Source of the DNA: the human T2T-CHM13v2.0 reference genome, Homo sapiens
Reading direction: 5' to 3' (one strand)
Assembly: GCF_009914755.1 (NCBI RefSeq)
Contig: NC_060925.1
Length of the DNA: 64,000 bases
Positions 30,623-46,260 of the stretch are shown here, piece after piece. Positions within the stretch are counted from its first letter, which is position 1, and every line of letters starts with the position of its first letter. Under the pieces are notes generated by a model. It was not told where the DNA came from and did no database searches. It was given only the letters and a program-made list of their open reading frames with translations. The translations under genes and the position numbers were made by a program.

Positions 30623-33120
30623 TCAGATTGGTTATAGCTGGGCCAGGGACAACCAACTGAATTATTCCCTAATAATTAAGAATGGTTTCATGCAAAAGAA
30701 ACAATGAAAGATAAGATGAAGGGGAAAAAATTACTTTCCAACGAAGCATCAAATAGACCCATACCAGTTAAAAAAAGGACAAGAATGTCTTATATAGGCC
30801 AGTTAATTAAATGTTTTCTCATTCTATAATTCTCTAACTCCCTACCCTTCCAGGTAGGGACTTTTAATCCCTTTTTAGTCTTTTTAGGACTACTACGTCC
30901 TATTAAACTACCATATTCTTAGTGTCTCTTTGTGGAATATTTCAGTATATTGGTGTGTATATCTACCACACAGACTATTGAGGGTTAATTTTTTCTTATT
31001 TTGACAACTTACTAATCAAGTCATACAATAGACATACAATAAACTATACACTTTAGTAAGTCTTGACATATGTATATACTCATATTACTATATACACCAT
31101 ATAAACCTGTGAAAGTATCACCACGATAAAAATAATGAACATGGCCATTATCCTCAAGCTCTCACATGCTCTTTTGTAATCTCTTCTTCTGGCCCCTCCA
31201 GGACCTCTGCACCCAGGCAACCAATGATCTACTTTCTATCACTGTAGATTGCTTTGCGTTTTCTAGTCTTAGATGGAATCATAGAAGATGTACTTTCTTT
31301 TTTGTCTAGCTTCTTTCACTCAGCATAACTACTCTGATAATTCATCCATATTAGTAATTCATTTCCTTTTATTGTTGAGTGGTATAACCATGCTGACGGA
31401 GATTTGGTTTGTTCCAGCTCTTGGCGATTACAAATAAAGCTGCTAGAAACATTTAAGTACAAATTTTTGTGTAGGGAAATACACTTTCTTTTTTCTTGCA
31501 CAAATACCTAGGAGTGAAATGGCTGGATCACATGGTAGGTATATGTTTAAATCACAAAACAGAAAATTAACCCTTTTAAGGTATACAATTCAATGATTTT
31601 TAGAATATTCTCAGAGTTGTGTAAACACCATCCCTATCTAATTTTATAACATTTCCAGAATCCCCTCAAAATGAACCCCCTGCCCCAGTGGAGTCATTCC
31701 CCATTACCCTCTCAGCCCAGTCCCTAGAAACCATTAATCTACTTTCTGTTTCCATGGATTTACCTATTCTGGACATTTCATATAGATGGAATTATATAAT
31801 GTGTGGCCAATATGTGAATAGTTTCTTTCATTTAGCAAAATGGATTCAAGGTTCACCCATGTCAATGAGTGTATCAGTACTTCATTCCTTTTCATTGATG
31901 AACAATATTCCATTGTATGGATATACATTTTGCTTACTCATTCATCAGCTGATGGACATTTGGGTTGTTTCCTCTTTTTGGCTATTATGAATAATGATGT
32001 GATAAACATTTATGGTATATTTTTCTGTGGACATGTTTTCTATTCTCTTACGTATATACTTATGAGTGAAACTGCTGGGTCATGTGGTAACTCTGTTTAA
32101 CACTTTGGGTAACCTCTGAACTGTCTTCTCAAGTAGCTATAGGATTTCATAATTTTACCACCAATGTACAAGGGTTCCAATTTCTACACATTCTCACCAA
32201 CACTTGCCATTGTTTGTCTTTTTGATGTTAGAGTCATCTAGTCAATGTGATGTATATCTCATTGCAGTTTTGATTAGCATTTCTCTAATGACTACTGAGT
32301 ATCTTTAATGTGCCTAACTGGTCATTTGTATATATTTGGAGAAATATCTATTCAAATTCTTTGTCCATTTTAAAATCATGTTGTCTTTTAATTTCCGAGT
32401 TTTAAGAGTTCTTTCTATATTCTGGATACAAGTCCTTTACCAGATATATAATTCTCAAATATTTTCTCCCATTGTGTGGGTTGTTCTTTTCACTTTCCTG
32501 ATGGTGTGGAAACAAAAATCTTTTAATTTTGATGAAGTTTAAATTATCTATTTTTTCTTTTGTTGTTTATGTTTTTGGTGTTATATTATCTAATCCAAGG
32601 TCATGAAGATTTCCTTCTATGTTTTCTTTAAAGAGTTTTGCAGTTTTAACTCTTACATTTAGGTCCATGATCCACTTGAAGTTAATTTTTGTATATGGCA
32701 TAGAGGTAGAGTCCAACTTCACTTTTTTTTATGTGGATAACCAGCTGTACCTGCACCAGTTGTTGAAAAACCCACTGAACTGTCTTGGTACCCTTGTCAA
32801 AAATCGATCGATCATAAATTGATGGGTCAATTTCTGTACTCTCAATTTTAATTCATGGATCTATATGTCTATTTTCCTGCCAGAACCATTATGTCTTAAG
32901 TACTGTAGCTTTGTAGTAAGTTTTGAAATCAGGAAATGTGAATCCTTCAGCTTTGTTCTCTCTTTTCAAGATTGCTATGGCTATTCTGGGTCTCTTGTAA
33001 GAATTTTAGAATGAATTTGTCAATTTCTGCAAAAAAGGCAGCTGGGATTTTGACAGAGATTGTGTTGAATCTACAGATCAATTTGGAAAATAATGCTGTC
33101 AGTTATGTGATTTGCAAATA

Positions 33121-34248
33121 TAGTCATGTTCTGCATAATGATGTCTGGTCAAAAACAGACTATGTATAGATTGTGGTCCCATAAGACTACAATGGAGCTA
33201 AAAAATTCCTGTATCCTAGTTATAATGCAGCTGTCTTAAGGTCCTAGAGCAACACATTACTCACATTTGTGGTGATGCTGGTGTAAAAAAACCTACTGTG
33301 CTGCCAGCTGTATAAAAGTATAGCACATACAATTATGTACAGTACATAATACTTGATAACAATTGACTATGTTACTGGTTTATGTGTTTACTATATATTT
33401 TAAATCATTATTTTAGAGTGTATTCTTTATACGAAAATAAAAGTTAACTAAAAAATAGCCTCAGGCAGCTCCTTTAGGAGGTATTCCAGAAGAAGGCATT
33501 GTTACCATAGGAGATTACAGCTCCATCCATGCATGTAACTGTCCCTGAAGACCTTCCAGTAGGCTCAGAAGTAGAAATGGAAGACAGTGATACTGATGAT
33601 CCCGAGTCTGTGTAGGCCTAGGGTAATGTCTTAAGTTTTTTAACAAAAAGAGTTTAAAAGGTAAAAAAAAAAAAAATTAAAAATTATTTTTCTACAGCTG
33701 TACAATGTGTTTCAAGCTAAGTATTATTATAAGAGTCAAAAAAGTTAAAAAATTAAGTTTATAAAGCGAAAAATTTACAGTAAGCTAAGGTTAACTCTTT
33801 ACTGAAGAATGAAAAATTTTTAAATAAATTTAGTGTAGCCTGGGTGTACAGCGTTTATAACGTTGACAGTGGTAAGCAGTTCACCACTTACTCACTGACT
33901 CACCCAGAGCAATTTCCAGTCCTCCAAGCTCCATTCAAGGTAAGTGCCTGATACGGGTGTACAAGTTTTAATATACCTTTTATACCATATTTTTTTTTTT
34001 ACTGTACCTTTTCCATGTTTAGATATGTTTACATAGACGAATACCATTGTGTTACAACTACCTACAGTATTCAGTATAGTAATATGCTGGACAGTTTTGT
34101 AGCCTAGGAAGAATAGGCTATGGTCTAGGTGTGTAGTAGGCTATAGCATCCAGGTTTGTGCAAGTATATTCTATGTTCACACGACGATGAAATTGCTTAA
34201 CAATTCATTTCTCAGAGCATATCCCTATCGTTAAGCAATGCAAAACTA
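33121..34248. mobile_element. Tigger3 (MER7-family, Tigger3b-like) Tc1/mariner DNA transposon
   Basis: Decayed terminal inverted repeats tagtcatgttctgcataatg ... cgttaagcaatgcaaaacta, TA at 33119-33120, internal gtggtcccataagactacaatggagct. Confidence 0.82.
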
Positions 34249-36207
34249 TTCTCTCATAGTCTGTGACCTGTATTTTTGTTCTCTTACCAGTATCTTTTGA
34301 AGAGCAGAAGTTCTTAATTTTGACAAAGTCCACTCTATTTTTTTAATGAATCAAAATTTTGGTCAGGCATCTTCTAAGGTTTTCTTTATATAAATTTTTC
34401 GTATTTGTTAGTTCCTCCCCCACCCCACCCAAAGTAGTTGAACCATTCTGCATTTTCACCAGCAGCATATGAAAGTTCCATTTGTTCTACATCTTTGCCA
34501 CTATTTAATATGGTCAGTCTTTTGAAAATCAGAGCCATTTAAATAAATGTATAGTGATAGCTCACTAATCACTTTTATTTTGTATTTCCCTAATGAAATA
34601 ATGGTATTGAGCATCTCTATTCATGTACTTATTTGCCCTGTATACATTTTCCTTGGTGTTTGTTCTAAATCTTTCGACCCAGATCCCTTTTATTTCTTTT
34701 TCTGGCCCATTTGCATTGGTAATACAATACTGAATAAAAGTGGCAAGAGCAGATATCCTTGTCTTGTTCCTGATCTTAAGGGGAAAGCATTTAGTCTTTC
34801 ACCATTAAGTAAGATATTCTTTGTAGACTATTAATAAATGCCCTTTAGAGTTTAGGATTTAGAAAGTTCCCTTCTATTTCTAGTTTGGTGAGAGTTTTTA
34901 TTTAGTAATGGACATTTAATTTTGTGAAATGCAGGTACTTGGAAAGAATGTGTATCTACATATGTTGGACAGTATTCTATGTATGTCAGTTAGGTCAAGT
35001 TAGTTCATAGTGTTGTTCAAATCCACTATATATTTGCTGATTTTTTTTCTCTACTTGTTCTTTTATTACACAGAGAGGAGTATTAAAAGTCTGACTATAG
35101 ATAATTTTGGATTTATCTATTTCTCCTAATAGTTCTATTGGTTTTTGCTTCATGTCAGGATTTGTCTGATTTCTTTATCATTATAAAATTAACTTCCTTA
35201 ACCCTGTTAATATTATTTGAAGTGTACTTTGATATTAATATAGCCATTTCAGCTTTATTATAGCTAATGTCAGCATGGTACATCATCTTCATACATTTAC
35301 TTTTAACCTATTTAAAGCATAATTTTTCCAATCATAGCAAGCTCGATAGTAAAGAAACAGAAAAAAGTGTAAGTTTTTGAAGGCAGTATATAATTGGGTT
35401 TTGCTTTTTATCCAATGTGCCAATTTCCGCTTTTTAACATTTAAACCATTTACATTTGATTATTGATATAGCTGGGTTTAAATAAAACATTTTGCTATTT
35501 TTTCCCATTATTCTAGTGGTTGCATTAGAGTTTATAGTACAAACATCTTTAACTTACCACAGTCTACCTTATCAAGTAAGATAGTACTACTTCATGCATG
35601 AGAACCTTGTAATAGTATACTTAAGATTCCTCCCTTCCTGCCTTTGTGCTACTCTTATCATACATTTTACTTATATGTTATCATCCTCACAATATACGGT
35701 TATTGTCTACACAATTATCTTTTACACAGATTTAAATAAGAAAACATCTTATATATCTATCCTTATAATGACAATTTCCAGTGACCTTCATTTCTTTGTA
35801 TAGATCTGTTATTTCATTTGATATCATTTTCTTTCTGCTTGATGAACCTCCTTTAACATTTCTTGAGGTGTGAGTCTGTGAGTAATGAATTCCTTCAGCT
35901 TTTGTAAATCTGAAAATATCTTTATTTCACCTTTGTGTTTGAAAGACATTTTTGCTGGCTGCAGTAGTCCAGGTTGACAGGTTTTTTATTTTTCTTTTAG
36001 TACTTTCAAGGTGTTGTTCAATTTTGTGCTTGCTTATATAGTTTCTGACAAGAAATATAATTCTTACATTAGTTATCCTATATATAAAGTGTCTTTTTTC
36101 TCTGGCTGCTGTTGAGTTTTCTCTATCAATGGTTTTGTGCAATTTGATTATGATATGCCTCTGAGTAGTTTTCTTCTATTATCTTTGGGATTCCTTGAAT
36201 TTCTTGA

Positions 36208-36642
<435 letters not shown>

Positions 36643-37664
36643 TGAAGTTAACCCATAGTTCACAGGTTCTAAATTCCTTTTTCTCTTTGTGTTTCATTTT
36701 GAATAGTTTCTATTGTTATGTTTTCAAGTTTACTAATTTCTTCTGGCATTAATCCAATCTAGTGTATTTTTCATTTCCCACATAGTAGCCCAGTGAGTCT
36801 TTTTAATATCTTCCATGTCTCTGCTTAATATCTGAATATAACAAATATATTAAAATAATTATTTTAATGTGTTTGTCTGCTATTCTATGATCTGTATAGA
36901 GTCTGAGTCAGTTTCAATCAATTATTCTCTAGATTATTGGTTGCATTTTCCTGCCTCTTTGCATGCCTGGTAGTCTTTGATTGAAAGTTAGATCTGGTGA
37001 ATTTTACCTGATGGGTACTGGATATTCTTGCATTCCTATAAATCTTCTTGGGCTTTGTTCCTCGATGCAGTTAAGTTATTTGTGAAGTAGTTTGATCTTC
37101 TTGAGTTTTACCTTTATGATTTGTCAGGCTGGACTGAAGCAATACTCAGGCTAAGGTTAATTATTTTCCAATATGAGCAACACCTTCCTGAGTATCATAC
37201 CCAGTGCCCAATCAATTATGAGATGTTCTAGTCTAGCTGGTGAGATCAGGAACTATTCTCAGCCCTGTGTGAGTGCCAGGTTCTATTCCTTTGAATCCTT
37301 TCAGATAGTTTTTTCCTTTGGCCTTAGGTAGTTTTCTCATATGCATTTATAAAATGGTAGTCTTTTCCTGGACCCTCTGAAGATCACTGTGGTTTTCTTT
37401 GTGTGCAGCTTTCTCCTCCTGACACTCTGTCCTAAAAATTCTAGCCACCTTGGTTTCTCTGGACTCACATTTTTTTTTTCTTCCATTTCCTCCAATTAGG
37501 GAGTCTGCTGGGCTCAACATGAGTTCCCTTTCCCTGGGCCATGGTCTGGAAACTGTTAAGACAGTAAGCTAGAAAATCATAGAGGTAGCTCAACTCATTT
37601 GTTTTCTCTCTCTCAGAGATCACTGTTTGGCTGCTTGATTTTTAGTGACTTAAAAACCATTGTT

Positions 37665-37972
<308 letters not shown>

Positions 37973-38098
37973 TTATTAACATATGTTGTCTTTTTAAATA
38001 AATTGTTTCAGGTGGAAGTATAAATTCAGTCCCTTTTATTTCAAATGAGCAGAAGTCCTGAACTTGTATTTCTACTTAGAAAACAGACAAAATTCTAT

Positions 38099-38402
38099 GG
38101 CCGGGCACGGTGGCTCATGCTTGTAATCCCAGCACTTTGGGAGGCCGAGGCGGGCAGATCATGAGGTCAGGAGATCGAGACCATCCTGGCTAACACGGTG
38201 AAACCCCGTCTCTATTAAAAATACAAAAAAATTAGCCGGGCATGGTGGCAGGTGCCTGTAGTCCCAGCTACTCGGGAGGCTGAGGCAGGAGAATGGTATG
38301 TACCCAGGAGGCGGAGCTTGCATTAAGCCGAGATTGCGCCACTGCACTCCAGTCTGGGCGACAGAGTGAGACACCATCTCAAAAAAAAAAAAAAAAAAAA
38401 AA
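38099..38402 (+). mobile_element. AluY
   Basis: gagatcgagaccatcctggctaacacgg and gcggagcttgca, long A tail, TSD AGAAAACAGACAAAATTC (38078-38095, 38402-38419). Confidence 0.95.
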
Positions 38403-39058
38403 GAAAACAGACAAAATTCAAACTCAACCTGAAATGTTGACAGTTTGAGGAAATAACCCTTGAGTACTAAAGGAAAGGATTGTAGGTAACTTCCTGACGT
38501 TTAACTTTGTTTAGCACCAAACACTTCTTTGCTTATCAGCCATATCAAACACTGACACAGTCAATACCATCTGTGCATTGTCTGGGTTACTTAATCCTTC
38601 TGGGAAACTCTGGATGACCTCTGATGAGCTCCTGAGATGCTTCACAGTGGGACTCAGTGTCAACATTCTTGTAGAAAGATAAGATTGTGACAGGAGTGCT
38701 GAGTACAGAGAAAGAAATACTGCTCCATTTTCAACAATGTCTATGGACTATAACTCTCTTTCCTGTCCGAATTAAGAGCTCTAGTAAAAATTAGCAGTTG
38801 TTTTCAGTAACACAGAATATCCTCAAGGAGGTAAAGAAGGAGGCAAGGGTGTTACTTGGGATGAAGGTGGAAAGAATGTCTGCTGCCAAAACTCACAGTG
38901 ACCAAATTTTACTTCTTGAGCTGTGTTCTTCCCATAGAAGTTTATTCTGGGGCCCTCAGGTAAGAAGCCCAAGGGCTTCCACCTCCTGTTTTGATTGTCT
39001 AAAAACCATAAAAAAATGACTTATCTTCCACCTACTAAAGATGTTGAAAATCAATTAC

Positions 39059-39129
39059 CTGCTTGAAGCAATGGACAGGCGCTGGGACTGAACATGTTTC
39101 TTTTAGGTATTTGTCCCAGGTAAAATGAC
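39059..39129 (-). CDS. SCMH1: SCMH1 coding exon, 71 nt (phase 1 to 0): (G)HFTWDKYLKETCSVPAPVHCFKQ, N-terminal arm of MBT1
   Basis: Acceptor TATTTCCTTTACAG|GT and donor AAGCAG|GTAATT. FTWDKYL is a typical MBT arm motif. Too short for the ORF track. Confidence 0.96.
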
Positions 39130-40043
39130 CTGTAAAGGAAATAGAAATCTATATCACAGTCAACTTCCTAAAAAAAATGTTTTCAGGGTATAATCTACAC
39201 TAAACAGTAAGCTATTTGTAGACTGGTTTTGAGCATAAAAAATATAATTTTTTTCCTGTTTGAGCTCAAAGGAGTATTAAGGGGAAGAATCTAAGTGACC
39301 TGAGCGGATGTTTTAGATTCACGTTTTAAAATAATGGTCTAAAGATGGCTTAGGGTGTTATTTATGTTCATTCCTAAAGTGATCCAAAATGCCAAAGCAA
39401 GATATACTAGTACTTCAAAGAAGTGACCAGGAAGCTAATGGAAAACAGAATAGAAGAGGCAGAAAGTGGGTGGGGAGATTCCTTTTGAACAATCTGACTC
39501 TTGGAAAGGTCCCTCACCGCTGTCAAGTGGCAGCTTTTAACACCCAATATGGTTGGATTCCAGCATCTCAGCTCAGGAAGAATGAAGAAAAGGCTGTCTA
39601 GAGACAAGGGGCGAGATGATTTGAGGGGAGGGGAAGCCAGATGAGTGAGATTATAGTTGAATCCTCACTCTAAAAACTGGCTCTCTCTCACCTACCCCCG
39701 CTGCACCCCCATCCTAGCCACCGCTGTGTTGCTCTGGGGTGCAAAGTGACAAAGAACTGTTAATTTAGAGCAAAGTAGGACCTGGGAAGCATGTCTGATG
39801 ATAGTAAATAAGAACAAGCTGGGGAGTCTGTAGAATCTTTTAGCCTCTTGAACTGGCCTTACAGCCTCTAAAAGTTTGAAGAACACTGTCCTAGATAAAC
39901 AATCTTCAAGGTGACACTGTGCTGGGGGAAGGGAAAACATCTTAAGGCAGGAACATTTGATACAGACCTCATTGGATCACTAAAGATTATCAAGTTCTTT
40001 ATTTAAAGGTTAAACCAATTACCAGTCTCCCCCTAATACCCAC

Positions 40044-40119
40044 CTAGAGGTGACCCCATGATGGAGCAGGGAAGGTCCCAGAGAATCTCACAAGCTAAAA
40101 CACTGTAGCAAACCAGCAT
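40044..40119 (-). CDS. SCMH1: SCMH1 alternative N-terminal coding segment MLVCYSVLACEILWDLPCSIMGSPL(G)
   Basis: ATG at 40119-40117, 25 codons + 1 nt, donor CTAG|GTGGGT. The phase-1 end joins in frame to the exon at 39129. Matches the recalled N-terminus of one annotated SCMH1 isoform. Confidence 0.88.
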
Positions 40120-40186
40120 TTCTTGAAGTTTCCTCTGTAGTGGAGCAGCACAGAGCCCCTTTGGGCCATGCAAAAAGCACTAGATG
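40044..40186 (-). other. SCMH1: Full alternative exon (143 nt) including sequence upstream of the MLVCYS ATG
   Basis: Acceptor inferred from the polypyrimidine tract CTCATTTTTATTCCCAG|CATC (AG at 40188-40187). No transcript evidence is available to me. Confidence 0.72.
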
Positions 40187-40642
40187 CTGGGAATAAAAAT
40201 GAGTCACTGAATGATGAAATCTAAATCACTCCAAAGATGATGCCAAGACTTTACACTCTATTTATTTTATAGCTTCTGTTTTATAACTGGTTCCTTTCCC
40301 ACTACCCTTAACTAAGCCAAATAGATTTGGCCAGAAATCACAGTCAGTTCTGAACTATTTCATGAACTAGCTGATGATTAATCAACATGACTAGACAGTT
40401 AGTCCATAGGGCAAATGAGATGACTATTTTCTGAAGTCAAGGTTTAAAGGCGTTATCAGAATTTAATGAAGAGTTTGCTTCTAGTTGACAGGGCCCTAAA
40501 GCAAGGACTGAATACATTTCATCATTGTTTGCTGTTAGAAAAATAAAACATTACAATTTATTATTCCATCCTTACAAATGAAAGATTAAATCAAATAGTA
40601 AGTTTTGGATTTCCCTGGATTGAGAATCTTCAACTCTGGCAT

Positions 40643-40845
40643 CTAGAGCAGCACTGTCCAATAAAACTTTCTGTGCTGACTAAAATGTTCTGTATCTGTG
40701 CTAGCCAATAAGGTAGCCACTAGCCACATAACTATTGGATACTTGAAATGTGGGTACGTAAGAAACTAAATTTTTTAAATTTTAATTAACTTAAATTTAA
40801 ATCCCCACACATAGCTAATAGTTACTGTATTAGGAAGCACAGATC
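40643..40845. mobile_element. MER3-type hAT-Charlie element
   Basis: cagcactgtccaataaaactttctgtg...aggtagccactagccacat. Confidence 0.7.
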
Positions 40846-41364
40846 AAGAGTTTTGGTCAGTCCTGGGTAACTGCTTATATTAGCTTAAGTTCTGACTAAA
40901 AGCACCAAAGAGACTTTGGTCTTAAGAATAATGGCAGCATCAGGGGTACCACAACAATTAGGGTATTAATTACAGTTCTCCATTATACATATCAACCATG
41001 GTAATCAATCCCTATTCTGTAATGTACACAGGCTAGAAACCTCAGCCCTTTTACCACTTAGGAAACACTCTATCACTAACTGGATGAAAAGGAACCTCTG
41101 TTTAAAGTAGTTCACCCACTGTGATGGCTGACTGGCTTGAACCATACCTAGATGGTATTTTCCTTTTATTTGACTTCTTGGGCTACCTAAGGCTTAGTTC
41201 CTTATTATCAGGTGAATTGCAAAATAAGATAATTTTTATGACTTAGTAAGAATGTTTGGACACCTATTGTAATGCCCATGATGAAGCCAGACATAATATT
41301 CTGCCATATCTCCAAGCACTAAAGTAACCACAAAAGAAATAGGACAGGCACCAAGGTATAGATC

Positions 41365-41760
41365 CAGAGTTAGCAAGTCTTCTGTTAAGGACAATATAAT
41401 AAAAATTTTATGCTTTCTAGGCCATACAGTCTATGTCATAGCTACTCAGCTCCACCACTCCAGTGTGAAAGCAGCCACAGACAGTATGTGTGCCTAAATT
41501 AGCATGGCTGTTCCACTCAAACTTTATTTACACAAACAGGCAGAGGGCTGGATTTGACCTCCCAATAGTAGTTTGCCAGACCTCTGGTATAAATCATTGA
41601 CTCTCAAGTGATACTTATAGTCTCATTTCTTTAAACAAAGTTCTGGGCCTCACCTTCAGAAGTTCTCATTCAGTAGGCTCCAAGTGTGGCCTGAGAATAT
41701 GTATTTTCCAAGGCTCCCTAGGTAATTTGGATTAACATCTGTGACTAAGAACTACTACTG
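41365..41760. mobile_element. MER58A-like (about 41365-41586) followed by MER5A-like (about 41595-41760)
   Basis: gctactcagctccaccac...gtgtgaaagcagccacagac...tagtttgccagacctctg, then ttctcattcagtaggct...ggcctgagaatatgtattt. Confidence 0.62.
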
Positions 41761-41919
41761 GTGTAGTTTAAATAATGTAATATTGGGAGTCTGAAGATGT
41801 TGGTAAAAGTCTTGTTTCTACAGCTAACTATCTTGGGTAAATTACTTAATCCTTCCAAGCCTAAGTTTACTCATGTGAAAGATGAAGACAATATCTGTCT
41901 TACAAGATTGTATATAGAT

Positions 41920-43518
<1,599 letters not shown>

Positions 43519-43879
43519 CTATTTAGCTATTACTCAACAGTACAAATGGACAGACCGCTCTTTATAGTCAGCCAACATCTGCCTTCTAACCTCTACTGGT
43601 CCTAGATATATCTAATCTCTATGTCCCAAATCCCTCAACTGCTCCTAATTTGACAGGCTGGCTACTCATGTCTGGCTACTGTTCTGGCCACATTCCTTTA
43701 CAAGAACTCTACTTTGTTCAACCTAAATGTGAACCCAAATTCTTAAAAACAATTAAGCATAATCAACATCTTTAGATCAGAAATTCCACTCCACTATTAC
43801 CGTATAAATAGTGTTCCATGTACCAAAATTTAAATAACAATATATTTGTTAAACGCCACTGATGGTAATTTAAGTGTCT

Positions 43880-44171
43880 TTATTTTATTTTTTTTGAGAC
43901 GGGGTCTTGCTTTGAGTCAGTGTCAGGCTGGAGTACAGTGGTGTGAACACAGCTAATTGCAGCCTTGACCTCCCGGGCTCAAGCGATCCTCTCATCTCAG
44001 CCTCCCTAGTAGCTGGGACTACAGGTGTGTGCCACCATTCCTAGCTAATTTTTGTATTTTTTGTAGAGACAGGGCTATGCCAAATTGCCCAGGCTGTTCT
44101 CGAACTCCTGAGCTCAAGCGATCTAACTGCCTCGGCCTCCCAAAGTGCTGGGATTACAGGCATGAGACACA
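43880..44171 (-). mobile_element. AluJ
   Basis: Dimeric Alu on the minus strand. Confidence 0.9.
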
Positions 44172-44282
44172 GATTTGGGATTTGTCCTAAGGGTGGGATT
44201 AGTGGACAAAGAGCATGCATAGTTTAGATTTTGATACAACATATATATTGCTGAAATATCCTCTAGAAAGAACATACTGATT

Positions 44283-44610
44283 TTTCTTCTTAGAGGCAGG
44301 GTTTCCCTATGGTGCCCAGGCTAGTTGCAAACTCCTAGGCTTGTCATCTTCCTGCCTCGGACTCCCAAAGTGCTGGGATTACAAGTATAAGCCAACTTTT
44401 TTTTTTTTTTTTTTTTGAGACAAAGCCTCACTCAGATACCCAGGATGGAGTGTGGTGGCACAATCATATCTCACTGTAACCCCGATCTGGACTCAAGCAA
44501 CCCTCCCCGCTCAGTCTCCAGAGTAGCCGGGACTACAGGTGTGCACCACTATGCTTGGCTAATTTTTTTCTTTGTAGTAGAGACAAGGTCTCACTATATT
44601 GCCCAGACTC
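44283..44610 (-). mobile_element. Alu left monomer (FLAM-like, about 44283-44395) plus truncated AluJ (about 44397-44610)
   Basis: cctgcctcggactcccaaagtgctgggattac, then poly-T and a right arm. Confidence 0.82.
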
Positions 44611-45629
44611 AATTTCTATTCCTACCGAAAGTACACAGGTGTGTTTACCACATATTTGCTAAAACTGTGTTTTAACAATTTCCATAATTTTGACAAATCT
44701 TATCAGTGAAAAAATAAAATACTATTATAATTTTATTTGCAATTCTTTGATTACTAATAAAGTCAAAGATCTCTTTAGGCTTATCAGCCAGTCTGTATTT
44801 TATTTAGCCATTTTTCTGCTGAGATATTCTTTTGTTTTCTCATAGATTCTAGGAGTTCTTTGTAGATTAAGGAAAAGTCACTAGAAGAATTTTTACTTAA
44901 TAGAAATAAAGCATCTAGAGAAAGTGTTCTTTTCACTATACCACAGGGTCCCTCTGAAAAGACACAGACTTTCAGGCAACAGAAAGAGAGCCTTAGATAA
45001 GGCAGAGAAATCAGAGGTGTTTTCGAAGGTCCAGGCAGATATCCTGATATGAGAAAGGTCTGGATTTGGGAGGCTTCACAGATGTAGAATCACAATATTC
45101 AAGCTACAAAGGACCTTAGTGTTTCCTAAAACTCATGGCTTTCTTGGTCCCATATCTTTGCCCATGTTACTCACACTCAGTGACTAAAGCTCAGCAAAAA
45201 TTTTACATTTTCTGTCAGAAGGCTTTGCAGAAAAGGGCTGGACAAATTTTACCATCTCCCTATCTCCTATAACATCCTGTTCACATCATATCACCATAAT
45301 TATTTATGTAAGCTCTTTATGGATGGGGGCTTATATTCATTTTTAAAATCTTTACTGTTTAACACAGTGCCTGAAATTTAATAGAGGCTCAATATGAGTT
45401 TCTGAGTGAATGAAAAGAAGCACACAAGTAATATTCCTATTCTTTCTTAGACTAATAAAATAATACCTGGGATATAGTTCTGAAAACTACACTTTGAGAG
45501 AGAGCAAATCTGAGTTTAAATGATTACCTAGTGATGGTAAACAGACCCAAAACCACATCACCTGAGGACCAGGTGAAGGAACATGAACAATTAGCATGAG
45601 TAAAAAAGTGAAGTCTCAGAGCCATTCCC

Positions 45630-46260
45630 CATCCATCCAACAAATATTTATAGTGTGTGTCAAAGCACTGTGCTGAGTGCTGGACATATAACTGTAATCA
45701 AAATATCATCCTTAACCTCACAGAGCTTCAGTCTAGTGACAGACAGAGAATCTAGTGAGGGACAGAGACTAAACAGTCACCACTAAGATAATGTGATAAG
45801 TGCTACACTGGAGAGACAGAGGGTGCTACAGGAGCACCCAGAGTGCTTGTGGAAACTTACCAAAGAAAGCTCTAGGCTTCTAAGCTAAAGTGTAAAAGGA
45901 TAAGCAGGAGTCAAAGAAAAAGGAAACTCTTTTTGTTTGTTTCAGACAGAAAGAAAGGCATTATAAAGGCCCAGACATGAGAAAAAGCAGTTCTAAATGC
46001 AGATCTTTTGGTATGGCTGCTGGGTGGAGTTTACAGAAAAAGTAGTTTAGAAAAAGGTTACAGATAAAGGCAGTGTTCAGTCATTAGCGAGCCAAATATA
46101 CTGTATTACTGAGAAGAGGAAGTCTTCAAGCGTTTGGGGTGAAGTCATTCTGGCTGTAGTGTAAAGAATGGGCAGGAGGGTGATAGGGCTGGAGGCAAAA
46201 AAGACTAGTTAGGAAGCTGTTTTAATAATCTAGGTGTGAGATTCAACTATGAAAGCGGCA
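45630..46260 (-). mobile_element. L2 remnant
   Basis: catccatccaacaaatattta...ctgtgctgagtgctgg...tcattctggctgtagtgtaaagaatgg...agactagttaggaagctg. Confidence 0.6.

Noticed and set aside
41143-41200. Minus-strand donor-like CTAG|GTATGG with a nearby AG, a possible small exon
   Set aside because: No polypyrimidine tract at the candidate acceptor, so it is not supportable from sequence alone.
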